A stretch of DNA of 64,000 nt from positions 64,001 through 128,000 of the IMG/VR virus record IMGVR_UViG_3300013102_000002. One strand, given 5' to 3'. Shown here in pieces: positions 1 through 10,751 of the stretch. This DNA is from a virus. The position numbers were made by a program, and so were the translations under genes. The stretch's first letter is position 1; each line of letters opens with the position of its first letter. Below the pieces are notes generated by a model. That model did no database searches. It was not told the DNA's origin and was given only the letters and a program-made list of their open reading frames with translations.

Positions 1-77
1 TGATTCACCAAATGAAGAGAGATGCACAGAAAATTGTTAATGATAAGATTGAAAATAAAAAGGAGAGTGTTGAGTAA

Positions 78-2255
78 TTGAATCCTATTATTGAGTTGAA
101 ATTAACACCAGTGAGAAAAATGTTTTATGGTAATGATTACGGAGTGTATGCCTGTGAGTCAAGATCGCCAGATGTAGAATACAATGCTTATGATAATTTC
201 GTAATTAATGGCGGAATGCAGGAACTTTCATTGGGTGCAGAATATATAGCATCCATTGAACTTAAAGAAAATAAGAAATATGGAAAAGGTTACGAAGTAC
301 ACAGTATCAGACAAGAACTACCCACTACTATAGAAGGCCAACACGCCTTTCTAAGAACAATATTAAGTGAGTCTCAGTGCGAACCCCTTATCAAAGCATA
401 TCCCACACAAGATATTATTCAATTAATTAAAGACAACACACTTGACTACAATAAAATTAGGGGTATTGGAGATAAAAAATTCACAAAGATTCGAGATAAG
501 GTCATTAAGAATATCGATATCCAGGAAGCACTAGTTGAATTATCAAAGTATGGAGTATCTTATACAATTGTTCAAAAACTGCTTGCTAGATATAATAATT
601 CACCTACTCTAGTTGTTCAAAAAGTTAAGGCTAACCCCTATATACTTTGTGATGAAGTTAATGGGTTGGGATTTGATAAGGTTGATAAATATGCCATCAA
701 AACAGGAGTTGAAGTTGACTCACCATATCGCATAGAATCAGCAATTTATTATATGTTAAAACAAGCAGAGAAAGATGGTAACTGCTGGACAGATAAAACT
801 GAGATTATTCAATTGGCTGCTGGAATGTTATCTTTACCTGAAGCAATAATTATCGAATTTATGAGTAACGGAAATTTAAAGTCGGCATACATAGACGAAA
901 GTAAAATAGCCCTAAAAAAGACATATATGCAAGAGAAGAAGATATGCGATAAAATATCTCAACTTGTAAAGAGTGAAAATATATTTAGAGTGGACAATAT
1001 TGATGATAAAATTAAAGTTGTAGAAGACGAGCAAGGATTCCAGTTTACAGACGAGCAAAGACAGGCGATATACGATAGTATTGATAATAACGTCATGATC
1101 ATTTCAGGTAAGGCAGGATGCGGTAAGACTGCATTGTTAAAAGGAATTATTAAAATATTGAGTGAATATACATATGATACATGTGCTTTTTCCGGTAAAG
1201 CCGCACAACGGATCACTGAATCTACAGGATTGAAATCACAAACTATACATAGAATACTTCAGTTTAATCCAAAGATTGGCGAGTTTATGTGCAATGAGGG
1301 CAGCCCAATTCCAGTACAGTCTGTTTACCTAGATGAAGGGAGTATGACTCCGACAAGTTTGTTTTATCATTTATCTGTTGCTGTTGCAAATGGGCATAAA
1401 CTGATTATTCTAGGCGATGTAGGACAATTATCCGCTATAGGGTGCGGTAGACCGTTTATTGATTTAATTGAAAGTGGAGTTATAAAAGTATGCGAATTAA
1501 CTAAGGTTCATAGACAGGCAATGAAGTCTGGGATATTGTTAGCAGCTAATGAAGTTAGAGAAGGAAAACAGATTATTAAAAGTGGAGATTATAAACCAAA
1601 AGTTATTGGAGAACTGAAGGATTTATATTTATATCCTAAAGAAACAAGTCAGCAGATTTTTGATCATATTATTCACCTATGCAAAAATAATAAAGATAGA
1701 TTTGATTTGATGGAGTTCCAGGTAGTCGTTCCACTTAAGAAGAAAGGTGTTATTAGTGCAAATAATTTGAATATTGAACTACAAAAAATATTCAATGACA
1801 GAGACGAACAGGGGTTAAAGAGAGGAGACTTTGTTTTTAAAACTGGAGACAAAGTTATTAAGAATGGCAATGATTATGATAATGGGGTATTCAACGGTAC
1901 TCTAGGGAAGATTGTTGAGATTGATTACGATGAAGATACTTTAAGTATTGATTTTATTGGAATAGATGACCTTGTGACATATAAAAGAGATCAGTTATTG
2001 CAAATTGATTTAGCATATGCACTTACTGGGCATCGCGTTCAAGGAAGTCAATTTAAACAAGGAATATTCGCTTTAGACTATGCGGCCTATAAATTGCTGA
2101 ATAGACAAGGTGTATATACTGGTATGACTCGATTTTCAGAGATGTGTGTGATGATCTTTGAGTTGAAGGCGTTAATTAAGGCAATTAGAACGAATGACAC
2201 TAATAAAAGAAACACATTTTTGAAAGATATGTTGATTGAGGAGTTTAATAAATGA
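78..2255 (+). CDS. recD2: RecD2-like SF1B ATP-dependent DNA helicase
   Basis: N-terminal OB/HhH region (IRGIGDKK, NPYILCDEVNGLGF), Walker A GKAGCGKT, DEGSM, GDVGQL, LTKVHRQ, LAYALTGHRVQGSQ, YTGMTR; TTG start after GGAG. Confidence 0.92.
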   Translation: MNPIIELKLTPVRKMFYGNDYGVYACESRSPDVEYNAYDNFVINGGMQELSLGAEYIASIELKENKKYGKGYEVHSIRQELPTTIEGQHAFLRTILSESQCEPLIKAYPTQDIIQLIKDNTLDYNKIRGIGDKKFTKIRDKVIKNIDIQEALVELSKYGVSYTIVQKLLARYNNSPTLVVQKVKANPYILCDEVNGLGFDKVDKYAIKTGVEVDSPYRIESAIYYMLKQAEKDGNCWTDKTEIIQLAAGMLSLPEAIIIEFMSNGNLKSAYIDESKIALKKTYMQEKKICDKISQLVKSENIFRVDNIDDKIKVVEDEQGFQFTDEQRQAIYDSIDNNVMIISGKAGCGKTALLKGIIKILSEYTYDTCAFSGKAAQRITESTGLKSQTIHRILQFNPKIGEFMCNEGSPIPVQSVYLDEGSMTPTSLFYHLSVAVANGHKLIILGDVGQLSAIGCGRPFIDLIESGVIKVCELTKVHRQAMKSGILLAANEVREGKQIIKSGDYKPKVIGELKDLYLYPKETSQQIFDHIIHLCKNNKDRFDLMEFQVVVPLKKKGVISANNLNIELQKIFNDRDEQGLKRGDFVFKTGDKVIKNGNDYDNGVFNGTLGKIVEIDYDEDTLSIDFIGIDDLVTYKRDQLLQIDLAYALTGHRVQGSQFKQGIFALDYAAYKLLNRQGVYTGMTRFSEMCVMIFELKALIKAIRTNDTNKRNTFLKDMLIEEFNK

Positions 2256-3271
2256 ATATAGAAAATATACATAATGGATTTGTTGCGAAGAATTATAAAC
2301 ATATGTGCAAGGTATTGGGTGAGGAAATTAAAACCGCAGGTGGTGCAAAGAAGTCCCAGCTAAAAAAGTGGGCTTCTTATTTTGAATTTAAAAAAGATGG
2401 TAATAAGTTAGTAGTTACTGATATTTTTCATGAACAAAAAGAATTGTCTAGAGGTGGGAATTTTACGCCATATATAGAAGAAATGAATGAATTATTAATT
2501 CAGATATTATTGAAGGCAGAAAACTATAAAATAATGCTCTCCAAAAACAGATTGTTATTAATGTTAAATATGATTAATGAGAATTATAGGGGATGTAGGG
2601 ATCGTATAACAGGACTTAGTGAGTATCTAAATATAGATAAAATAGACGTTTACGACTTCTACAACATAACAGATAATGTATTAAAAAGAAATGTTGAAAC
2701 ATCTTTAAGAAGCCTGAAAAATAAAAAGGCGATATTTTATAAAACTGCTTTAATATTATGTGATTATAGAGGTGTTCACCGAAAGGCATCAGACGAAGAA
2801 GAGGAAATTATTCTAACAATACAGGCAGATGTATTGAAAAGTATGAATTATTCTGGTTTACTGGAAGTGTATAGGAATGGGAAAATAGAGGAATATACTA
2901 AATTGTGCAATAAAGAATTTCTCGAACAAGCAAATATTTCATACGTGTATGAAGCATATGATATAACACTAAACAGAGACAGGTTAAAAAAAGAGGTTAC
3001 GCTAATGAGTGCAGAGAAGATAAGAGAGATCAATAACACTCTAAATTTATCTGTACAAATAAGATTGATGGAAAATGCTAATAAAAGACATGATAAGGCT
3101 AAGGTGAAAGAAGACGAATGGTTTGGTGAAGTTGACGATAGGCATGAATTTAGAGGAAGGAAAGGATACTTAGACAACCAAAGGAAGTTAATTGATATTC
3201 TGATTGATAAAAAACATAAAATTATTACCGATGATGTAAAAAGCATTGATAAAGCTAAGAAAAATACATAA
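2252..3271 (+). CDS. Conserved phage protein, paralog of 9189..10319 (possible DNA-binding or initiator-like protein)
   Basis: ATGA overlap with recD2; shares KNYKxxCxxLxExxKxG..KKxQLxxWxxYF, LNMINxNY, xVExxLxxLxxK, HRxAxxEE and LxENAxKR with the 9.2-kb ORF. Confidence 0.8.
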   Translation: MNIENIHNGFVAKNYKHMCKVLGEEIKTAGGAKKSQLKKWASYFEFKKDGNKLVVTDIFHEQKELSRGGNFTPYIEEMNELLIQILLKAENYKIMLSKNRLLLMLNMINENYRGCRDRITGLSEYLNIDKIDVYDFYNITDNVLKRNVETSLRSLKNKKAIFYKTALILCDYRGVHRKASDEEEEIILTIQADVLKSMNYSGLLEVYRNGKIEEYTKLCNKEFLEQANISYVYEAYDITLNRDRLKKEVTLMSAEKIREINNTLNLSVQIRLMENANKRHDKAKVKEDEWFGEVDDRHEFRGRKGYLDNQRKLIDILIDKKHKIITDDVKSIDKAKKNT

Positions 3272-3276
3272 AAATA

Positions 3277-3417
3277 AAAAGTTGCCCTCCAAAACGAATA
3301 ATAGATAAAACTCTTATATACGTTTTGCACGGCAACTTTTATAAAAACCCTTAAAAACAAAGGCAAAGAGCCGTCATAAAGCTAAAGCTTTATTCCGTAG
3401 CCATCCAACTACGTTGG
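3277..3417 (+). repeat. Inverted-repeat cluster after the 2252..3271 gene
   Basis: AAAAGTTGCC..CAAAACG / CGTTTTG..GGCAACTTTT (3277-3340), ATAAAGC-TAAA-GCTTTAT (3376-3393), CCAAC-TAC-GTTGG (3405-3417). Confidence 0.8.
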
Positions 3418-3655
3418 CTGTCTCCAACTTAGACCTTTCTGGAACAGGGGATGATTGTTGTGTAATGTTGTGTCAATTTTCATTATAATTTATGTATGAT
3501 TTTAATGGTGTAGTGTCTGGATGAACAAATAGACCAGATACATAGTTGAGGTGTGAATTTGTTATTAATTATAAATGAATTGTAGTTTAAAATTGAAATT
3601 GAGGTAAGAGGAAAAGTGTAGCGATATTAAATATATAATTGAATATTTATATGTG

Positions 3656-3689
3656 GGTAGTATCCAGGATATTGGGTGCTACCTTTTTT
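3656..3689 (+). terminator. Rho-independent terminator
   Basis: GGTAGTATCCA-loop-TGGGTGCTACC followed by T6. Confidence 0.7.
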
Positions 3690-4931
3690 ATGTTAATGTA
3701 CCCCCGGTATGGAGGAAGAGGATAAATTTTAATCGTGAGTGAGAAATGGGGTGAATGTGGTGTCGATTAGAATATGAAAATTGATGATAATTTAGTGTGG
3801 ATGAGAGAGGAAAAGTGTAGATAGAATAAGGATAATTTTATGATTGTAGATGATTATATTGCGAATGTGGTAAGTGAGTGCAGAGGGGTATGAGGAATGC
3901 GATATATAGAGTAATCGTAAAAGTTGAGGAAATATAAGGGTTATTGAGAGGAAATGGGGGACAAATGAGGAAAATGAGGTGATTTTAGAGGAAAATTAGA
4001 GGAAAAAGTGTAGGGAATATAAGGGGATTGCGATTGAAATTACGATTGAAATTAGGGTGAAAATGGACGGTAATTGGAAGGTGATGGAAAATAAGAATAG
4101 AGGATAAAATTTATGGAGAGGAGGTGAAAATTAAAAATTGAGTTGAGTGTAGGAGTGGAACAGATAGCGGACTATTTTCTATATTTACCAGTTATTGGGT
4201 TGTAAACTACCCCCGGTATCCCTTCATAGATAGCACATAAGTATAGTTGTATGCTATCTAGCTTAGATGATCAACCTTGACAACTCACTAGTTATATGCT
4301 GCTTATCTCACTGAATTTTATTTAAATTTTTTATTAAATTGAGCATATTTTCATTGAAATTTTTTGATTCTAGGCATACTATATATGATATCACTGTGCA
4401 TATCCACTATACACACTTGCAGAATCGAACGATAACGCGAAACCGCTAAATTATGACATCACATGTATCAACTTGATATATATCATATTGCAATATAAAT
4501 ATCTACTACCAGCATCACGGGACTTATATGCCATATCGGTTCGGCATATATCATATTGATATACTATCACAGTACACACACTCAGACGAAATCTCATTTG
4601 TTATTATCACAATGTATATATCACTATGACTCTTACAATATCATCCTCTTATTCTACTCATCACTACGTTCACTACTCATCATACTATTGTATCCATCTA
4701 TATAATATTATCGATTTAATATATTCATTATGATACTATCATCATGTTATTAACAATTAGTTATTATCTATTTACTCGTTAACCTATCACTAACACTCTT
4801 ATAATTATCAATATTATATTATCAATACAATACTATCATAATGACAATAACACATCTCCATCCAACATCACAGCATATTAACTATACCACATTCATTCCT
4901 CACCGACCTCATTCCAAACATATCAATCTAT

Positions 4932-4978
4932 TTAATAAATAAATATATGTTGCAATCATCTATTATCCATGCTATAAT
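4932..4978 (+). promoter_or_regulatory. sigmaA promoter with upstream conserved TTAATRARTAAATATAT motif (first of about 18 copies)
   Basis: TTGCAA(4950)-17-TATAAT(4973) with extended -10 TG; same architecture at 6483, 7945, 8591, 10628, 11337, 12291, 13505, 14665, 20179, 20623, 22707, 25417, 26569, 29326. Confidence 0.85.
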
Positions 4979-5032
4979 AAATATATAAAGTAAATCATAC
5001 ATATTAATCCTAATCACTTGGAGGTTATCCAC

Positions 5033-5671
5033 ATGTCAAACACTAAACTTACCGAAGCTTACGAGAAAGCAGTATCTGCCACTGACAAACAGAGATCCAC
5101 TATTGAACGTCACCAGTCACAACTTGACAAGATGCTTGCAACTCTCACTTCTAAAGGTGTTGACATCAATGACCTCGAAACTGCCAAATGGGCTAACACT
5201 GACAATGATCTTTACTGGGACATCTGCAAGATTCAAAGCAAGCAAGGTGACATCAAGAACGCTATCAAGAAACTAACTAAATGTGAATCCATTCAATCTA
5301 ATTGGTCAGATAAACTTAATAAAGAGATTGAGAAAGCACAACTGTTCTCAGAGCTTCCAGCTATCATCCTAGAGTTTGCAGAGAGATATAGAGTACGCTG
5401 CATTGAATGGCTGTTAGAAGGTCCAGAAGGCTACACACAAGCCGAAGCAGAGAAGAAGGCAGAACAGTTCAAGAAAGATCTGCTTACCACTCTAGTATAT
5501 AGAGTATCTGCCAAGGTTGGTAAAATCACAGACGCAAAAGGCTTAACAATTGGTATGAATGGTGAACTCAATGGTTTGGTTATTGGTGATAAAGACAGCG
5601 CAACTGTTACAACAATCCTAGCAGGTGGATATAATATCCAATGCTTGCACTATAGAGTATTAGTAGGCTAA
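5033..5671 (+). CDS. Conserved phage hypothetical protein (C-terminal AGGYNIQCLHYR motif)
   Basis: GGAGG RBS before ATG 5033; own promoter; downstream hairpin at 5681-5701. Confidence 0.8.
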   Translation: MSNTKLTEAYEKAVSATDKQRSTIERHQSQLDKMLATLTSKGVDINDLETAKWANTDNDLYWDICKIQSKQGDIKNAIKKLTKCESIQSNWSDKLNKEIEKAQLFSELPAIILEFAERYRVRCIEWLLEGPEGYTQAEAEKKAEQFKKDLLTTLVYRVSAKVGKITDAKGLTIGMNGELNGLVIGDKDSATVTTILAGGYNIQCLHYRVLVG

Positions 5672-5736
5672 TAACAAAAAGGCTCAGAGAGACACTGAGC
5701 CTAAATATTCCTAACTTTGAAGGGTGGATACATATA

Positions 5737-6279
5737 ATGTTCAATAAAGCGCTCAAGGCTCTTCCTAGTAATGTTGGTTATGATCCAGGTGAGCATACTA
5801 CCGTTTCAGATCTGCTCTATATTGTTCAACATGAGTTAGACCTCATGAATGAAGAACCAGAACAATATGAACACATGTCAGCAAGAGAATTTAATAAACT
5901 ATCCAATCAATATAAAAAGTTTATTGTTCGTTTCAGTAAAGAAAAAAACTCTTCTAAAACAAAATATACATATGTAGGTAAAATAAACGGTTATGACTTC
6001 CAAAGAACTTCAACTAAAAAATATACTCATGCTGTAGTATGGGTATCTGATAACAACAAAATTACTCTCTCTGAATCTGCAAGTTTCTGCGGTAGTTTTG
6101 AATTGGCCCTAAAGAGATCCCATAAAGAGATAATTAATTTTGTTGGAAAAGATTTAGAAAATAAGGGGATAGATTGGTCTAATGTCTATACAGATATTTG
6201 GTTTGTTGAATGGAGTAAAGAAATTGCTGGCCCTAAAATTCCGGGATTTTGGCATATTGTTCAATTAGAGGTGGAGTAG
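5737..6279 (+). CDS. Hypothetical protein
   Basis: 180-aa ORF with RBS-like GGGTGG. Confidence 0.7.
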   Translation: MFNKALKALPSNVGYDPGEHTTVSDLLYIVQHELDLMNEEPEQYEHMSAREFNKLSNQYKKFIVRFSKEKNSSKTKYTYVGKINGYDFQRTSTKKYTHAVVWVSDNNKITLSESASFCGSFELALKRSHKEIINFVGKDLENKGIDWSNVYTDIWFVEWSKEIAGPKIPGFWHIVQLEVE

Positions 6280-6574
6280 TTTTCATACTCTCACACCTCA
6301 CACAATCCATTCTAAGCCATTCCACTACACTCCGCATATTAACACTCACTCTATATACTCACGCTGTCACACTGCCTATGTTGTCTCATATATATAATCT
6401 ATCTCGCTGGATCACAGCATATACTCACACGGTTGCAATATAACATTGTTACTCATCATCAAGTTTAATAAGTAAATATATATTGCATTACATACATAAC
6501 CATGTTATAATTAGTTATAAGTTAATAGCACTCACTGTTAACACATTCCAGCATCACAAAAGGAGATCATACAT

Positions 6575-7915
6575 ATGTCAATCCAAACTCAATCATCTAT
6601 CCAGCTCTTCACATCCAACCTTATCGGCCTTAAAGTATTTGGTAACTGGGGAATTAGCGGTTTTGATTATGGCGTTGTTATCAATGAATATTCTGACTCT
6701 TACGGCAAAGATATTGTTATTGAATGGGAAAACGGTAATACAAAACAGATTGATGTAAAGGAAGTTACTGTAATTGAACAGCGCACAGACATTCACAATG
6801 TAGGTTATTACATTGACGTTACAGGCGAACACTTAAGCAATGAAGCTTCCGTTACTGAATCCACCATCACAGAACCAACTCAAATCCCAGTCCAATCCAT
6901 CACTTTCAAATGGTCCGAAGCTTCTCATATCATCGCCGATAACACTACAGTTTCCACCTTCACAGAAGCAAATTCCCTTATCCATTCCGTAGCCTATGAC
7001 ATGTATCATAACAATGAATCAGCCTACACTAAAACATCTTTCACTATCACCTGGGCAGATGGTCACACGCATGAAGGCCGTATAGATATCACTCCTTCAC
7101 TTATGAATAAATATAATCCAATTGGTGAACATGTTAAAAATTTCTATGAATCCATAGCAGGACTTCGCAAGCCTTCCCATTGGTCAGAAGAACAATATAA
7201 AGGTTATCTCTTGTCTGTTTATAAAATGGATGAGATTAAAACAGAAGAGGTTAAAACTATGCTTAATACTTATCTGTTTGAAGATACAGCCTCACATACT
7301 CCTGATACAGATCCTGAACCAGTCACAGAAACAGAAGTACAATCAAATACAGACATCAATTCTAACAGCGTTACAACCGTTTCTGAGCAGCTATACAGCA
7401 ATACATTTAACACGTACTCAGATGCTTACAATCACGCTATAAAGCATGATATTCCCTTATCTATGATTCTATCCAGTAATTCCAATCTAACCAATGATCA
7501 ACTAATTGACCTTGAATCATCCTACACAACTAATAAGCGCAACATGTCATTACAAGACGCTACAGTCTATCTTAATCACCTTGTTACTATTCCTTATTCC
7601 TCTGATTCAGAAGAGCGTATAAACGCTTTAAACAGGATTATAGAGCGTCACAGCAACAAACAAACAGCAGAGGACAAAAGAGAAGCCGAAACAGTAGAAT
7701 TAATTCATAAATTTGAGTCATTACAAAATAAACTTTACTCACTCGGTGTAACCAAAAAGAATCTCGGTGAATGCGGTTCATATTACACTAAATACTTTTA
7801 TAATGGCGAATGCATTTATACTTATTTCAGCGGTGAACATGTTTCAAAACTATATAATGACTTATTAACCGTTTATAATAAGTATTTTAAAAGTGAATCA
7901 TCTTATTCGGCCTAA
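6575..7915 (+). CDS. Protein with LPD25 (large polyvalent protein-associated) domain
   Basis: ITFKWSEA..TFTEANSLI..YTKTSFTITWADGHTHEGRIDI matches the LPD25 pattern; own promoter and AAGGAG RBS. Confidence 0.7.
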   Translation: MSIQTQSSIQLFTSNLIGLKVFGNWGISGFDYGVVINEYSDSYGKDIVIEWENGNTKQIDVKEVTVIEQRTDIHNVGYYIDVTGEHLSNEASVTESTITEPTQIPVQSITFKWSEASHIIADNTTVSTFTEANSLIHSVAYDMYHNNESAYTKTSFTITWADGHTHEGRIDITPSLMNKYNPIGEHVKNFYESIAGLRKPSHWSEEQYKGYLLSVYKMDEIKTEEVKTMLNTYLFEDTASHTPDTDPEPVTETEVQSNTDINSNSVTTVSEQLYSNTFNTYSDAYNHAIKHDIPLSMILSSNSNLTNDQLIDLESSYTTNKRNMSLQDATVYLNHLVTIPYSSDSEERINALNRIIERHSNKQTAEDKREAETVELIHKFESLQNKLYSLGVTKKNLGECGSYYTKYFYNGECIYTYFSGEHVSKLYNDLLTVYNKYFKSESSYSA

Positions 7916-8035
7916 GATTTAATGAATAAAAATAATAAAACCCATTGCAAGTTTATTTGGTCTGTGCTAATATGTATATATAAAGGTAATACATATTAAC
8001 AGCGCAAACCAAATAAACTTTCGGAGGTTTTCACC

Positions 8036-8530
8036 ATGAAAAAATATTTCCAATCCTGCAAAACGAAACAAGAGGCCAAAAAGTTGTTCCGTGAACTGGC
8101 TAAAATTAATCATCCAGATCAAGGCGGTTCTACTGCTGAAATGGTCGCTATCATTGCAGAGTACGAAATTGTCATGAAAAAACTTCCATCACAGAAAGAA
8201 GACAATTCCAGCACTGAAAATCAAACAGAAGAAGAATTCAACTTTCATGTTTCAGAAGAACTTAAAACAGTTATCAATAACATTTCACATCTGCCTTTAG
8301 ATATTGAAGTTATCGGTACGTGGATCTGGGTTTCTGGTGTTAATACATATAAATATAAATCTTATCTCACTGCTAACAACTTCGTATGGTGTCCTTCAAA
8401 GAAAATGTATTCTTGGCACATGGAAAAGGCCAAAAAGGGATATCACGGCAAGCCGCAAGAAATTGAAAAAATTCGTTTCACTTATGGCAGCACTAAAGTA
8501 AATAACACTAAACAGTATGCAATCAGATAA
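8036..8530 (+). CDS. J-domain (DnaJ-like) protein
   Basis: EAKKLFRELAKINHPDQGGS carries the HPD motif; own promoter. Confidence 0.8.
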   Translation: MKKYFQSCKTKQEAKKLFRELAKINHPDQGGSTAEMVAIIAEYEIVMKKLPSQKEDNSSTENQTEEEFNFHVSEELKTVINNISHLPLDIEVIGTWIWVSGVNTYKYKSYLTANNFVWCPSKKMYSWHMEKAKKGYHGKPQEIEKIRFTYGSTKVNNTKQYAIR

Positions 8531-8846
8531 TAAGTAAAAATTATTAACGCTTGAATCGATGAATGGTTTAGGCGTTAATAAATAAATATATTGCAATACA
8601 CAACCAACAATGTTACAATGAACTTACCAAATTAAATACATATTCCTAAAGGGAGACGATCTATAATGTCTTATAATCAATTAGTAAAAAAATATGGATT
8701 AACAAAAACAAATGATGCTCGTGATCAATGGTATTCTAATTATGGTCTCAGGGTTCGCGGGACACTTGCGACACTTGACATTAAGGGTTGTGCTGGAAAG
8801 GTGAATAAATGTCTTGAACTGATTATAAAAGGAGAGTTGGTTTAAA

Positions 8847-9077
8847 GTGAAACCTAAAAAAGATATGAAGGAAGTTTTCAGAGAATATCGGGTTCATGCC
8901 GACAGCATTGAAGAGTTCTTAAATAAATATACAAAACCTCGTTCGCATGGAGAGCGCGGAGAAGAATATGTACAGGATAGAATTCAATTTCATAAAGAAC
9001 GCTTAAGCAATTATGGATATACCTTCATTACCAGACATGACAGTATAACAGGTGATAATGTTTCATATTATGGATAA
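8847..9077 (+). CDS. Hypothetical protein
   Basis: AGGAGA RBS, GTG start. Confidence 0.65.
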   Translation: MKPKKDMKEVFREYRVHADSIEEFLNKYTKPRSHGERGEEYVQDRIQFHKERLSNYGYTFITRHDSITGDNVSYYG

Positions 9078-9188
9078 ATATAAATATTGCAAATTTCCAA
9101 GGAGAATCCTATTCTCCTTTTTATCATATATCCTCACACCGACTCAATAACACCAATAACAACAAACAATCAAAAGGAGGACATTCAT

Positions 9189-10319
9189 ATAGACACATCT
9201 AAACTTAAAAAAGGTCAAACGTTTAAGAATTATAAAGAATTATGTTCCCATCTCAATGAACCCGTTAAGGCTGGCAACTCTAAGAAGGTTCAACTTGAAA
9301 ACTGGGAAGTGTATTTTTTATCATCAAAATCAGGCCATAAAATTGTCATTGAACAAATATATAAAAAGCCAAAAGGGAAAATGAGTCGTTACGGATTAAT
9401 CAATGAGATAGAAGAATTGGTTTTAGATTTACTTGTGCAGGATGATAACAAGGGAGAAGTATTCTTATCTAAAATTAGGCTGTTTAGATCTTTAAATATG
9501 ATCAATGATAATTATAACTATGGCAGATATCATATTCCTAAACTAAGTTTATTCACTGAGATAAGCGAAAAAGAAATACATGAGTTTTATGATCTATCTA
9601 AAGAATCACTAGCCAGAAGCGTTGAAAATGCCCTGACACGACTCAGAAAGAAATCTCTTGTATATTGGTCAGCAGCTATGACTATTTGTATCTTAAACAC
9701 AAATATAGAGTCTAACCAGAGTGGAGATGCTAAAGCCTCCAGGAGCGTTCAGGGGCTTGATGAGTACGGTTCGGAGGTATATGATTATGATATCAATTAC
9801 AACATAAGACACGTTCACAGAGAGGCCACAAAAGAGGAGATTCAAGCTGTTTTATCAGCCGAAAGAAAGATAATGGACGAATTAAAATGCAACGACAAAT
9901 CAGAGGTAATAAGACGCAACCTATGGAATGACTTCTCAAACAAAGTTAAAAATTTAATATTCGATTCTCATAATATTCTTTATTATTACGACTCATATAA
10001 AATAACATGCAATGAAGATTTTATATATACTGTTTGGTCGGATCTGAACGAATTATCATTAACCAATATTACCAGAAACAAAAAATACATAAACTTGAAC
10101 AATAGTATAAAACACAAATTATTAGAAAATGCAGAGAAGAGACAAGCAAAAGCGCTTGAACATAATCTAGATGATTCAGATAATATAAGGTTAAACGATG
10201 CTTATCTAAGCAATAGTCAAAAGTTGATAGATAATTTGGTTGATATGGGAGCTAAAAATATTAAGCCCGATATTAAAAAGATCAATATCCATAAGGGTTT
10301 TGTGGATAAAAATAAGTAA
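9189..10319 (+). CDS. Conserved phage protein, paralog of 2252..3271; probable non-canonical ATA start
   Basis: AAGGAGG 8 nt before in-frame ATA at 9189; similarity to the paralog begins there. Confidence 0.7.
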   Translation: MDTSKLKKGQTFKNYKELCSHLNEPVKAGNSKKVQLENWEVYFLSSKSGHKIVIEQIYKKPKGKMSRYGLINEIEELVLDLLVQDDNKGEVFLSKIRLFRSLNMINDNYNYGRYHIPKLSLFTEISEKEIHEFYDLSKESLARSVENALTRLRKKSLVYWSAAMTICILNTNIESNQSGDAKASRSVQGLDEYGSEVYDYDINYNIRHVHREATKEEIQAVLSAERKIMDELKCNDKSEVIRRNLWNDFSNKVKNLIFDSHNILYYYDSYKITCNEDFIYTVWSDLNELSLTNITRNKKYINLNNSIKHKLLENAEKRQAKALEHNLDDSDNIRLNDAYLSNSQKLIDNLVDMGAKNIKPDIKKINIHKGFVDKNK

Positions 10320-10580
10320 AAATTTGAACGGAACAGCCTAATAATAATATATATAGTATTACTCCGTTTGGTTCAAATTTTTTATCGAAAAGTAAGTAAA
10401 AAGCTATATAGAATAAGGGTTTTTAATGAAAAGTTTAAAATTATTACTTCAAAGAACAAGATCAAAGGCTCCAGTGTAAAACTCGCAAAGGGCGCGAGTA
10501 GTACACTGAACGTCAGAACGCAAAAGGCGCGTTCATCCGTGAAGTTTTAACATCTTGACCGTCATTTCCATTATGACGGT
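10318..10580 (+). repeat. Inverted-repeat and hairpin cluster after the 9189..10319 gene
   Basis: AAAAATTTGAAC/GTTCAAATTTTT (10318-10382); CAGTGTA..ACTCGC-AAAGGGC-GCGAGT..TACACTG; GAACGC-AAAAGGC-GCGTTC; ACCGTCAT/ATGACGGT. Confidence 0.8.
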
Positions 10581-10751
10581 TATTTCTCATTCTCATTCAT
10601 TAACTCATTTTAAAGAATAAATATATGTAGACAAATAACAAATAGCGATGATATAATAAGTCATACCCAATAAGCAATACATATTATCCACCATTCAAAG
10701 TTTCAAGCCAACAGGCCGAATAAATCGGATGAGGTGAAAGGAGTCCTTCAC

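Larger units (their letters stand above)
3440..5000. other. Long non-coding region with G-rich to C-rich skew switch near 4210 and short direct repeats (candidate genome terminus, pac site or origin)
   Basis: No ORF of 60 aa or more; TACCCCCGGTAT at 3699-3710 and 4208-4219; AGAGGAAAA(A)GTGTAG at 3607, 3806, 3998; CGATTGAAATTA x2 at 4031-4054; hairpin TAGATAGCA/TGCTATCTA at 4227-4260. Confidence 0.6.

Noticed and set aside
9087-9188. N-terminal 34 aa of the 410-aa ORF
   Set aside because: No RBS, overlaps a terminator-like AAGGAGAAT-CCT-ATTCTCCTT hairpin, and has no counterpart in the paralog
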